A stretch of DNA of 64,000 nucleotides, from assembly GCA_965197285.1 (NCBI GenBank), contig OZ240092.1, forward strand, positions 4,726,335 to 4,790,334, in the 5' to 3' direction. A program made the position numbers and the translations under genes. Source of the DNA: Acidobacteriota bacterium (GTDB lineage: Bacteria > Acidobacteriota > UBA6911 > RPQK01 > CBDAPI01). Numbering within the stretch: the first letter of the stretch is position 1; each line of letters opens with the position of its first letter. The notes under the pieces were generated by a model. It ran no database searches and had not been told where the DNA came from. It worked only from the letters and a program-made list of their open reading frames with translations. Positions 17,000-25,784 of this stretch are shown here, piece after piece.

Positions 17000-18650
17000 C
17001 CCGGATTATGCAAGAACCGTAGTTCGGTGTTGAAAACGACTCGAGAAGTGGCCCAACTCGGAAGCGGGCAGGTGTGACAGGCGGATTTGCGAAGAATATG
17101 GGTTGGCGAGGCGTTTGAGTGGTTTGGGGAGTGAATTTCAGACAGATCTGGGCCTGGATGAGTGTCGGAAGCGGTTTTTCGGGGGAGCTGGGAAAAGCTA
17201 ACTGGAGTTCAGGCGACTCAAGACGAGGTGGAAGAGGGGTTGTTCGGGGAAGGCTGAGGAAAGATGGACCCAGATGCGTCGAGTGGTTTGTCGGATCCGG
17301 GCCCCAATCTTGAGGACCCGACGACGTAAGGTTTCGATTTCGAGCTTGTGCCAGGGGGTTCCGTGAAGATAGTCGCGCAGGCGCACGAACATCTGGTAAG
17401 CCAGTGCATGCAGGAGGAGTCGAAACTGATTGGCCAGGAATCGATGACAGCTGAGTCGGTCCATGCTCAGATGATTCTTGAAGGCCTTGATGAAGTTCTC
17501 GGTCTGCCCTCGGTTTGTGTAGTGGTCATAAAGTGATTGGGAGCAGAGATCGTCCCGGTTGGCAACTACAAAGCGACGATTGATGCCACGCTGATCGACC
17601 TCCACTTTGACAATGACGCGACGGGATCGATCCCAGCTGTGGGCTCGATAAAGAAACTCGTCAAACTGACGCTGTTTTTCCTCCAGCTCAAGGAACCTCA
17701 GCCGAGTCGAATCCAGCAGGGGCTCGACCACTCGCTGCAGGCGAGGGTTTCGACTTAACCCAATGACATACTGGAGTTTATTCTCTTCACATTCACAGAA
17801 CTCGTAGAGCCGAGGCGTGGCAAAGCCGCTGTCGGCCCGAATCTCAATCTCGACATCCGTCCCCACTGCTTGTCGGATGGCCTCCACGACTCGCTTCAGA
17901 ATGGGCACGATGTGAGAGGCAGCCCCCTTGTTGCCAGGTCTCAACACGGCACAGACCAGGTCTCCCGTGTCGGCATCGAAGATCAGCAAAGGATGCAGAA
18001 TGTGGTTTCGGTAATACCCGTGGTAGAAGGAGAACTCCTGTTGGCCGTGAGTGTGGTCGTCGGTACTGTCCAGATCCAGGATGATCTTGCTGGGACGTCT
18101 CTTCTTCAGGGAGCGCACATAACGGCCTGGCAGCCACCGGCTCAGACGCATCAGATCCTTCTTGGTGACGGAGTTCTCCAAGCGGGAAAAAGTCGGCTGG
18201 GTGGCCAAATCGGGATCGCTCTCTGGCAACTGATCACAGACTGTCTTGAGCATCGGATCCGAGCGCAGCGTATCGGCGTCATTACAGTCTTCGTAGCCGG
18301 CCACGATCTGCAAGACTCGTTGTCGGATCAACTTCAACAGGTCATGACGAACGTAGCGTCGGTCTCGACTTTCCGCAATACACGAACTGAAGCCCTCGCA
18401 CAATCGATGTTGACGATCCAGGGATCCAAACAACAACCATCCTGCGTCGGAAGTGAGGCTCCCCCCATCAAAACGCGTCGTGATCTTTCTGTGGCTGTGA
18501 AATGGCAGGGTATTCTGGCAGACTGCTTTCAACATTGCCGTAGCTCCTGTTTAGGGTCATTGTTTTTGTAAACCCTTTTATATCAGAGGGCTACGGCTTT
18601 TTCCTGGAGCCAGAATCTCACTCGGATTCAGATCTTTTGCATAATCCGGG
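17000..18650 (-). mobile_element. IS1380-family insertion sequence, copy 1 (1651 bp), flanked by a 4-bp direct repeat CTAG at 16996-16999 and 18651-18654
   Basis: The ends are CCCGGATTATGCAAGAA (17000-17016) and the reverse complement of CCCGGATTATGCAAAAG (18634-18650). They begin with CC, as in the IS1380 family. Perfect 4-bp target-site duplications lie on both sides. It contains a 445-aa DDE transposase. Confidence 0.85.
17198..18535 (-). CDS. IS1380 family DDE transposase
   Basis: 445 aa. The N-terminus LPFHSHRKITTRFDGGSLTSDAGWLLFGSLDRQHRLCEGF...QRVLQIVAGYEDCNDADTLRSDPMLK is typical of IS1380-family (DDE_Tnp_1-like) transposases. It is near-identical to the ORF at 28689..30029. Confidence 0.85.
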   Translation of the reverse strand: MLKAVCQNTLPFHSHRKITTRFDGGSLTSDAGWLLFGSLDRQHRLCEGFSSCIAESRDRRYVRHDLLKLIRQRVLQIVAGYEDCNDADTLRSDPMLKTVCDQLPESDPDLATQPTFSRLENSVTKKDLMRLSRWLPGRYVRSLKKRRPSKIILDLDSTDDHTHGQQEFSFYHGYYRNHILHPLLIFDADTGDLVCAVLRPGNKGAASHIVPILKRVVEAIRQAVGTDVEIEIRADSGFATPRLYEFCECEENKLQYVIGLSRNPRLQRVVEPLLDSTRLRFLELEEKQRQFDEFLYRAHSWDRSRRVIVKVEVDQRGINRRFVVANRDDLCSQSLYDHYTNRGQTENFIKAFKNHLSMDRLSCHRFLANQFRLLLHALAYQMFVRLRDYLHGTPWHKLEIETLRRRVLKIGARIRQTTRRIWVHLSSAFPEQPLFHLVLSRLNSS

Positions 18651-18654
18651 CTAG

Positions 18655-19424
18655 CCCGTCTGTACGAGCATCATGACGGGTATCTCCTCAGAATGGCGGG
18701 AGTTGCGGATTTCGGGATAGGCGAAAAACAGCTGCGATGCTTTCCCAGTAGCGAAAACATCAGCTCGATCGAGAGCCTTCTGCTGCAGGCAGCGATGAGC
18801 TTCTGGCTCGAGACCATCGGTCGTCCGGTTCTACACGCATCCTGCATCGCAGATGCCGACCGGGCCGCAGCCTTTCTGGCTTTCAGCGGCAGCGGGAAGA
18901 GCACTCTGGCGGCGGCCTTCCTGAAAGACGGGTACCGGCTGGTCTCAGATGATTCCCTTCCGGTTGAGATTCACGAGAAACAGGTTCTGGCCTGGCCTTG
19001 TCATCCCCGCATCAAGATGGCACCCGAGCAGGCTAGGTTGTTTCTAGACGAGGTGGATCACCTCCCACCTGCGGATGGTTTCTCGAGTAAGATCGGAGTC
19101 CCGGTCAGGGAAACCTGGTCGGGCAGCTTCGGGACATCTCCCCGAAGACTGGTGTGCTGCTATCTTCCGGAGCACGGGCCGGATCAGAGGGATGTCGTCA
19201 TCGAGCCGGTTCGGGGAGCCGCGGCGGTCATCGAGTTGGTCCGCCACTCGCTGGTTCCCCGGCTGACGGCGGGAGCCGGAATGCAGAAAGAGCGATTTCG
19301 CCTGCTGCACCGGATTGCCACGCGGCTGAAGGTGTGCCCGCCTGGCTTATCCGTCGGGAGTCGACTCCCTGCATGCCGTCCGGGAGGCCGTAATGGCCCA
19401 TCTGACAAGCCTCCCCTAGACTAG
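18655..19424 (+). pseudogene. 3' fragment of the HprK-like Ser kinase gene (listed ORF 18693..19424). The frame is open back to the IS junction
   Basis: HPr kinase C-domain-like P-loop and signature: AFLAFSGSGKSTLAAAFLKDGYRLVSDDSLPV. In-frame codons 18654-18692 (ARLYEHHDGYLLR) have no stop. Together with 16789..16999 they form a 981-nt (326-codon) ORF. Confidence 0.7.
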
Positions 19425-19487
19425 CCCGTGCTCGGGCCAGCCATCGCCCCCGTTTATGTGGCAGGCGCATTGCCGGCGGGGCGTTCG

Positions 19488-20669
19488 TCAGCTTCCACCC
19501 CTCAGACCGCCAAGGGCCAGACGAAGGGGCCTGAGCAGGCGGTAGAGTGGAAAGAGTCCCGGCGGCAGGGAAATCCACCTGCAGTCCCTGCTCGAAGGTG
19601 TCAGCAGAGACCTCTGCAGGTACCGGATCTGATCAAGCCTTCGCTCCCGGAGACGGAGTTTCCGGCCAAGGGGTTCCGGGAAGGGGCCGAGGCCTTCCAT
19701 CGATTCCAGTAAGGAACCTTCAATTTCCTGGGCCAGACGGTGAGCAGGCGCGTCAGTGCGCACGGTGGCGAACCACTCCTGCGGAAGGGAAGCGGAGAAC
19801 AGGCGGGCGGCCAACAGGGCGCCCACCCTCAGCATCCGAAGTCCCCCTCTCTCCCGAGCCCGGGTCTGCGCCTGCTTCCAATCCGCGTGGGAGAATTCGT
19901 GGAGGGCCCAGGCCAGGTCACAGATCCATTTGGGCGACGACCAGAGATGCTTTGCGCCGTGGGCGGCGATCAGCAGCAGGAGATCTCCCGCGGAAAGAGT
20001 ACGAAATTCATGACCCGAGATGGCAACTGCTCGTCTGTCGTTCCAGAGCTTCTCAAAGGGCAACTCAAGGGAGAAATATCGAGGCAGCGCTGCCCAGTGA
20101 ATCTCAACTGTCATGCGGGGGTCGTCGCGCGTCATCATGGCCTGATCCCACCACAGAAAACGCAAGAAGTCGGGTCGTGAGAAAAACTCCTTTAAGTGCC
20201 CGCGGTCCCATTCGGGCAACCAGTGGTCGTATCCACGACTGAGCAGGAGATGCAATACAGGCAAAACGTCCTGCCGATGAATCAGCAGGTCCAGATCATC
20301 GAAGCTTCTCGATCCCAGGTTGCGATAGCAGAGGGTGGCCAGGACAGGCCCCTTGACAGCCAGGACTCGGATATTGCTGTTCTCGATCTCCCGGCAGACT
20401 CGGATCAATTCACGAACTCGTATCAGATTGCGAAGATTGTTGCCGTGGAAAATGTGCGACAGCTTTTCCCGATTCTCAGGCGAGAGGCCGGGTCGGTCCT
20501 TGAGCCGCCATGCCACGATCGGAAGCAACCTGGCGTGCTCGGCCCGCTTCAGGAAATCCTCCCAGGCCGGCGCGAGCTTCGATTGTTGCTCGATCGCAGA
20601 AAAAGACGCGTCTGTCGGTCGCGGGGATGCGAGATCAAACAGAACCCGGGTCAAATCTGAATCAGGCAT
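19488..20669 (-). CDS. NTP_transf_5-type uncharacterised nucleotidyltransferase
   Basis: 393 aa. ...VLAVKGPVLATLCYRNLGSRSFDDLDLLIHRQDVLPVLHLLLSRGYD...VEIHWAALPRY matches the PF14907-like pattern. Its start is 2 nt from the acyl-CoA dehydrogenase stop. It is convergent with the kinase gene. Confidence 0.6.
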   Translation of the reverse strand: MPDSDLTRVLFDLASPRPTDASFSAIEQQSKLAPAWEDFLKRAEHARLLPIVAWRLKDRPGLSPENREKLSHIFHGNNLRNLIRVRELIRVCREIENSNIRVLAVKGPVLATLCYRNLGSRSFDDLDLLIHRQDVLPVLHLLLSRGYDHWLPEWDRGHLKEFFSRPDFLRFLWWDQAMMTRDDPRMTVEIHWAALPRYFSLELPFEKLWNDRRAVAISGHEFRTLSAGDLLLLIAAHGAKHLWSSPKWICDLAWALHEFSHADWKQAQTRARERGGLRMLRVGALLAARLFSASLPQEWFATVRTDAPAHRLAQEIEGSLLESMEGLGPFPEPLGRKLRLRERRLDQIRYLQRSLLTPSSRDCRWISLPPGLFPLYRLLRPLRLALGGLRGGS

Positions 20670-20671
20670 GT

Positions 20672-22504
20672 TTAGAGAATAGGCAGGTCTCGCGCTCTCC
20701 CGACCATTTCTTCCAGGCCGTATACTCCAGCCTCAGTCCAGGGCTGCTCGGTCTCCAGCAGCCGCCGGGCTAACCGATAAAGAAGAACATCGTCATTCGA
20801 CCACAGATCCTGAAACAGTCTTTTTACCTTTCGCCTGGACTGGCGGCAGAAGAGATCGGCCAGGTGTACCGCGTCGTCGCAGTCGTCCCGTTTGGCACTG
20901 CGCATGGCATGGGCACGGGAAACGGAGGCGGCCATCGCGAATAGTTCGTTTGCGATATCGACGAGGCGGAACAGGAAAGCCTGTTTGTTCTGGAGTCTGG
21001 GACCGTGGACCACCATCCCGTGGAAAACCTGGCGAGCCAGCTTCCGACTCATGCGCTCCACGAAACGCAGATGGGGCGCCAGTGCACGGAAGTTCCCATA
21101 GCGGGGCCACCGCCCCCAGCCCAGCCAGCGGGTTGGATACCAGGAGGCATAAAAGGCGAGGATGGCCGGCAGCGCCTTGAACTTGGCACCTAGAGCGCTG
21201 GCGGGATCCACCAGCAGTCCCGCCACCTGAAGGTGTTTGTCCACAGCCTCGCGGGCCATAAAAAGGTGCATGATTTCGCTGGAGCCCTCGAAAATTTTGT
21301 TGATTCGAAAATCGCGCATCATTCGCTCGACTCCGATCGGATCCTCTCCGCGGGCCGCCAGCGAAGACTCGGTCTCGTATCCGCGCCCTCCGCGAATCTG
21401 CATCGTGTCGTCGATAATCTCCCAGCCGGTACAGGTATTCCACTCCTTGGCGGCAGCGGCTTCCAGCCGGATGTCGTACCCCCCTCGATCGGACATTTCG
21501 GTGGCCAGCCTGGCAATCGACTCCATGGCAAACGTCCTGGCAGCCATGCGGGCAAGCATGTGGGCGATGCTCTCGTGCCGCCCGATGGGTTTCCCCCACT
21601 GAACTCGCTCGCTACTCCATTTGCGACAGATCTGGAGACACATCTTGGCTGCGCCGACGGCTGCGTTGGGAATGGAGAGCCGGCCGTCGTTGAGGGTCGT
21701 CAACGCAATCTTGAGTCCTTTCCCGGCCTCGCCGATCAGGTTCTCACGAGGCACTCGCACGTCTTGAAAACAGATCACGGCATTGGCCAGCGCCCTCAGG
21801 CCCATGAAATGACATCGGCGCTCGATGGTGACGCCCGGCCAATTGGTTTCGACCACGAAGGCACTGATTTTTTCGGTCTCGGAGTCCACTGCCATGACCA
21901 CCAGGAGTCCGGCCAGCGTGCCGTTGGTACACCAGAGTTTGGTCCCATTCAGGACGTAAGCGTCCCCTTCCGGGGTCAGTTCCGCCCGCGTCGCCAGCCG
22001 GGCAGGATCGGAGCCCACATCGGGTTCCGTCAACGCAAACGCGGAGATTTCCCCGGAGGCGCAGCGGGGAAGATATTTCTTCTTCAGCTCCTCGGACCCA
22101 AACAGCTTCAGGGGCTGGGGAACCCCGATGGACTGGTGGGCGGAAAGCAGAGCGCTCAAATTCGCGTCGCGGCTTCCCAGCAGCTCCATGATGCGCGCGT
22201 ACTCGACCTGGGAGAATCCGAGGCCGCCGTATTTCCTGGAAATCTTCATGCCGAAAGCCCCCAGGCGCCGCAGTCCTTCGACGACCTTCTCAGGATAATC
22301 TCCTTCCTCATCGATTCCGGCCGAGTCGACTTCTTCGATCAGGAAGCGGCGGAACCGCTCGCGAAACTCGGCGAATTCGGGGCGCTCCTTCCCGGACAGG
22401 GGGTAGGGGTGGATGAGATCGAGACGGAAGCTTCCCAAAAACAGCTCTCGCAAAAAACTGGGGGCCTCCCACGTCTTCTGGCGAGAGGCCTCCGCCACTT
22501 GCAT
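20672..22504 (-). CDS. Acyl-CoA dehydrogenase family protein (long form with a C-terminal extension). The start is assigned at internal Met 22504
   Basis: ACAD N/M/C domains are present (...FALTEPDVGSDPA..., ...YVLNGTKLWCTNG..., ...IRGGRGYETE...IFEGSSEIM...). The listed ORF start at 22966 adds 154 Arg/Pro-rich residues that overlap the upstream gene by 430 nt. Met at 22504 (MQVAEASRQ...) removes that overlap. Confidence 0.75.
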   Translation of the reverse strand: MQVAEASRQKTWEAPSFLRELFLGSFRLDLIHPYPLSGKERPEFAEFRERFRRFLIEEVDSAGIDEEGDYPEKVVEGLRRLGAFGMKISRKYGGLGFSQVEYARIMELLGSRDANLSALLSAHQSIGVPQPLKLFGSEELKKKYLPRCASGEISAFALTEPDVGSDPARLATRAELTPEGDAYVLNGTKLWCTNGTLAGLLVVMAVDSETEKISAFVVETNWPGVTIERRCHFMGLRALANAVICFQDVRVPRENLIGEAGKGLKIALTTLNDGRLSIPNAAVGAAKMCLQICRKWSSERVQWGKPIGRHESIAHMLARMAARTFAMESIARLATEMSDRGGYDIRLEAAAAKEWNTCTGWEIIDDTMQIRGGRGYETESSLAARGEDPIGVERMMRDFRINKIFEGSSEIMHLFMAREAVDKHLQVAGLLVDPASALGAKFKALPAILAFYASWYPTRWLGWGRWPRYGNFRALAPHLRFVERMSRKLARQVFHGMVVHGPRLQNKQAFLFRLVDIANELFAMAASVSRAHAMRSAKRDDCDDAVHLADLFCRQSRRKVKRLFQDLWSNDDVLLYRLARRLLETEQPWTEAGVYGLEEMVGRARDLPIL

Positions 22505-22536
22505 TGATTTCCGTTCTGAGGGACCGGCCTTGGCGC

Positions 22537-23817
22537 TCACGACGGACCCTCCCCCATCGGGGCCAGCACTCCGTTGCCGTCGAAAGTGAGATCGCGGAGA
22601 TCCCCGATCTGAACGATGTTGGGGTGGTCTCGAAGTTCTTCCAGCATGGGCTCCGAGGCCTCGAGGGCGTTTAGACTGAGAGTGTCGTGGATTCGAATCA
22701 CGCGCTTGTCCTGAGGCCGGCTCCGGCCGCCTACCGAAAGCAAAGCCAGGCGAAGCGTCTCTCGATCGGTGGAGAAATGCATGGGGATTCGTCCGGGGAG
22801 GGTGAAGTGGGCGGTGAGGGCATTCAGGTAGGTAGCCTCCTTGTCGATCTTGTCCACCAGGTGCTGCGTGCAAAAATCGGCCAGCCCGACTCCGACGGCA
22901 TTCCCGTGGGTGCCTCTGCTCAGATCCAGGACCGCAATCCGATCGACATCTGGAGTGTCCTGCCACAGCGAGTTGAAGCCGAACCAGCGCCCGGTCACAT
23001 TCGGGTCCAGACCGGTTCCACTGATGTTCTTGCCAATGCGGTCGATGATGAGCAAGTCGATTTGGGACGCCGGAAGCACAGGCATCAGCTCTTTGGCTCG
23101 AAGCAGCAGCTGCTGCTCTCTCTCCACGATCTCCGCCGCCGGAATCAGCTCCAGGTGAGCCGGTTGGTGGTAGGCATTCTCAATAATGGCCAGCCCCATG
23201 AGCACTTTGCCGCCGGCGATGATGCTTTCGGCTTTGGTGATGATCAACCGTTCATAGCCCAGCGAGTGAGTGAAGCGGTGAAGATCACTGGCCCCGGGGA
23301 TGTTGCCCAGGCCCACCGCCAACATCTTCATTAAGCCGCTTTCGGCCTTACCCTTGAAATCCGTATGCGGCTTGACTCTATTCACAACAATGATTCCATC
23401 CGACTCGAAGGCCGCGCGGTCCACATGCACGGGAACGCCGTCTACGGTCGGGCTCATCTCCACCACGTCCATCGAGGCGATCAGTGGAGCTCCGAGGTTC
23501 GCTTCGGTAATCCCATAGTCGGACAAGATCTGCGTCTGCCCCTCGACCGTCCCGCCTCCGTGGCTCCCCATGGCCGGTACGATGAAAGGGTCAGCACCGG
23601 CCTTCTTGAGCCGCCCGACGAGGATCCGAATGATCTCCGAGAGTCGGGAGATTCCTCGGCTCCCGGCGCACACGGCAACTCTCCGGCCCGAGGTGGCTTC
23701 CAGGAGTTCGCTTTTCCGCTGGAATTCCGAGAGCAGGGTCGACTCGATATTCTCCACGTATTCGGGATCGAATTGCTGCGTGACCGTGGCTATCTGAGGA
23801 AATGAAAAAGTCGCCAT
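22537..23817 (-). CDS. LarA-like (lactate racemase N-terminal domain/DUF2088-like) protein. The functional assignment is tentative
   Basis: 426 aa. The layout resembles LarA: ...RVAVCAGSRGISR...FIVPAMGSHGG...KPHTDFKGKAESGLMKM... The conserved Ni-pincer Lys context is not clearly present. It is the first gene of a minus-strand trio with the ACAD and the NTase. Confidence 0.35.
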   Translation of the reverse strand: MATFSFPQIATVTQQFDPEYVENIESTLLSEFQRKSELLEATSGRRVAVCAGSRGISRLSEIIRILVGRLKKAGADPFIVPAMGSHGGGTVEGQTQILSDYGITEANLGAPLIASMDVVEMSPTVDGVPVHVDRAAFESDGIIVVNRVKPHTDFKGKAESGLMKMLAVGLGNIPGASDLHRFTHSLGYERLIITKAESIIAGGKVLMGLAIIENAYHQPAHLELIPAAEIVEREQQLLLRAKELMPVLPASQIDLLIIDRIGKNISGTGLDPNVTGRWFGFNSLWQDTPDVDRIAVLDLSRGTHGNAVGVGLADFCTQHLVDKIDKEATYLNALTAHFTLPGRIPMHFSTDRETLRLALLSVGGRSRPQDKRVIRIHDTLSLNALEASEPMLEELRDHPNIVQIGDLRDLTFDGNGVLAPMGEGPS

Positions 23818-23930
23818 TGGGGATAAACTAGGCTACCTTCGGCACCGGGGGTTGTCAAAACGTCCCGGGACTTTACGGGCGGCAGCGATTTGGGAGAGAC
23901 TGGATCGCAGCGACCGCCTGGCGGCAACTC

Positions 23931-24095
23931 ATGAGTGAAAGCAACCACACTGTCTCCCCTGGAGCCGACCCGGAGCCGGAAGGGGAATCGTCGGAATGGT
24001 CTGAGAAGCGCTTCGCTTTTCTTTATGCCGTCGTCCTGACTTACACGCTGGGAACGATCTGGGCCCTCTGGCTTTTCTCCAGAATATTTGACTGA
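23931..24095 (+). CDS. Small membrane protein (54 aa), translationally coupled to the SSS transporter via a TGATG overlap. Possibly a symporter small subunit (DUF4212/DUF485-like)
   Basis: [54 protein letters not shown]. Its stop TGA at 24093-24095 overlaps the ATG at 24095 of the symporter. It was not in the ORF track because it is under 60 aa. Confidence 0.4.
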   Translation: MSESNHTVSPGADPEPEGESSEWSEKRFAFLYAVVLTYTLGTIWALWLFSRIFD

Positions 24096-25759
24096 TGCAC
24101 CTTCTGGATTGGCTGATCGTCGCGGTTTATCTCGCCTACATCGTGATCGATGGGATTCGGCGGAGTCGGGCCACACACGAAATCAAGGGCTACTTTCTGG
24201 CCAATCGGAGCCTGCCCTGGTGGGCCGTCGGGCTCTCCATCATGGCTACCCAGATGAGCGCCATTACGCTGGTCGGGACGACCGGACAGGGTTACCAGGA
24301 CGGCATGCGCTTCATCCAGTTTTATTTCGGCCTGCCTCTGGCAATGGTGATCTTGTGCCTGACGGTGGTTCCCTTTTTTCACCGCTCCGGGGTGTTCACT
24401 GCTTACGAATTTCTGGAACGACGCTTCGACTCTCGGACCCGCACCCTCACCAGTGCGCTTTTCTTGGCCTCGCGCGGTCTGCAATGTGGTGTGATCATTT
24501 CGGCGCCCGCCGTCATTCTTTCAATCGTCCTGGAATGGAACCTGATCCTCACGGTCCTGGCGATAGGACTTCCAACGGTCGTCTATACGATGATCGGAGG
24601 TGTCCAGGCCGTCACCTGGGCCGACGTGAAGCAAATGGCCCTCATCGTGACGGGGATGGCGGTCGTACTGATCATCATCATCGGGCAGCTTCCAGAGGAA
24701 GTCTCGTTTTCCGGCGCCCTTCAGATCGCGGCTGCGGCGGGCAGGCTCGAGACGGTGGACTTCTCCTTCGAGCCTTCTCGCACCTATACGTTCTGGTCGG
24801 GTCTGCTGGGGGGGACCTTTCTGATGCTGTCTTACTTCGGGTGCGACCAGAGTCAGGTCCAGCGCTACCTGACGGCGCGCTCGGTGACCGAAGGCCGGGT
24901 CTCACTACTGATGAGCGCCTTCCTGAAGATCCCGCTTCAGTTTGCGATTCTCCTCATCGGTGTGCTGGTTTTCGTGTTTTTCAACTTTGCGGCGACGCCC
25001 ATCGTTTTCAGCCCCGCCGAGCTCGAGAAGGCTGAGGCGCGAAGCGGGTTTGCCCAGCTGGCCAGGCAGCACGATGAGGTTCAGGATCAGCTCAGGGAGA
25101 CCGCCATCCAGTTCGCAGCCGCGCCCGACGGGAGCGGACAGGGGCGCCGCGATTATCTCCAGGCGCTGAGACACAGAGACTCAATCAGAGAGGATCTGGG
25201 CGAGATGCTGGGCGAGGAAGTCAATGACGTCAACTACGTTTTCCCTTATTTCGTAACCCACCATCTTCCCATCGGAATCGTGGGAATTATGATCGCGGCT
25301 ATATTCGCCGCTGCCATGTCAAGCGTTTCCGCTGAACTGAACGCGCTGTCCGCTGCGACCGTCATGGATATCTACCGGCGCCTGATCCGGAAGGAGGGCA
25401 GTGACACCCACTACCTTCGGGTGTCCAAGCTGGTCACCGCGGGATGGGGGTTGATGGCCTGTACGGTAGCGGTTTATGTCAGCCGGCTGGGTTCTTTGAT
25501 CGAAGTCGTGAACCTCCTCGGGTCGTTTTTTTACGGTTCTCTTCTGGGCGTGTTCGTGCTCGCGATCACAACCGCTTGGGCAACAGCGCGGGCCGCCTTC
25601 GTGGGATTGCTGGCCGGGATGGGGGCGGTTGCTCTCTTTTCCCTGACGACGGACTATTCGTTTCTCTGGTACAACCTGGTGGGAGTTGTGACTGTTTGCC
25701 TGGTGGCATTTGTGGTCTCGCTCGGGGAGAAGATCTATGGGTGGCGCAAACCGGCCTGA
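24095..25759 (+). CDS. Sodium:solute symporter (SSS) family transporter
   Basis: 554 aa. Multi-TM protein with SSS signature regions (...[29 protein letters not shown]...). Confidence 0.8.
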   Translation: MHLLDWLIVAVYLAYIVIDGIRRSRATHEIKGYFLANRSLPWWAVGLSIMATQMSAITLVGTTGQGYQDGMRFIQFYFGLPLAMVILCLTVVPFFHRSGVFTAYEFLERRFDSRTRTLTSALFLASRGLQCGVIISAPAVILSIVLEWNLILTVLAIGLPTVVYTMIGGVQAVTWADVKQMALIVTGMAVVLIIIIGQLPEEVSFSGALQIAAAAGRLETVDFSFEPSRTYTFWSGLLGGTFLMLSYFGCDQSQVQRYLTARSVTEGRVSLLMSAFLKIPLQFAILLIGVLVFVFFNFAATPIVFSPAELEKAEARSGFAQLARQHDEVQDQLRETAIQFAAAPDGSGQGRRDYLQALRHRDSIREDLGEMLGEEVNDVNYVFPYFVTHHLPIGIVGIMIAAIFAAAMSSVSAELNALSAATVMDIYRRLIRKEGSDTHYLRVSKLVTAGWGLMACTVAVYVSRLGSLIEVVNLLGSFFYGSLLGVFVLAITTAWATARAAFVGLLAGMGAVALFSLTTDYSFLWYNLVGVVTVCLVAFVVSLGEKIYGWRKPA

Positions 25760-25784
25760 GTTCCGGCGGTGGAGTGAATCGAGT

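Noticed and set aside
16456-17022. 188-aa ORF spanning the end of the cyclase gene and the IS boundary
   Set aside because: It is a composite: out-of-frame overlap with the cyclase 3' end, then the genuine 5' part of the disrupted kinase gene, then an IS-encoded tail (RIMQEP). It is not an independent gene.
17119-17313. 64-aa ORF inside the 3' region of both IS1380 copies (also at 29914..30108)
   Set aside because: Gly/Arg-rich low-complexity sequence on the strand opposite the transposase. It is conserved only because the IS is duplicated.
22505-22966. 154-aa N-terminal extension of the acyl-CoA dehydrogenase ORF
   Set aside because: Arg/Pro-rich low-complexity sequence that overlaps the upstream LarA-like gene by 430 nt. 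The ACAD homology begins after Met at 22504.
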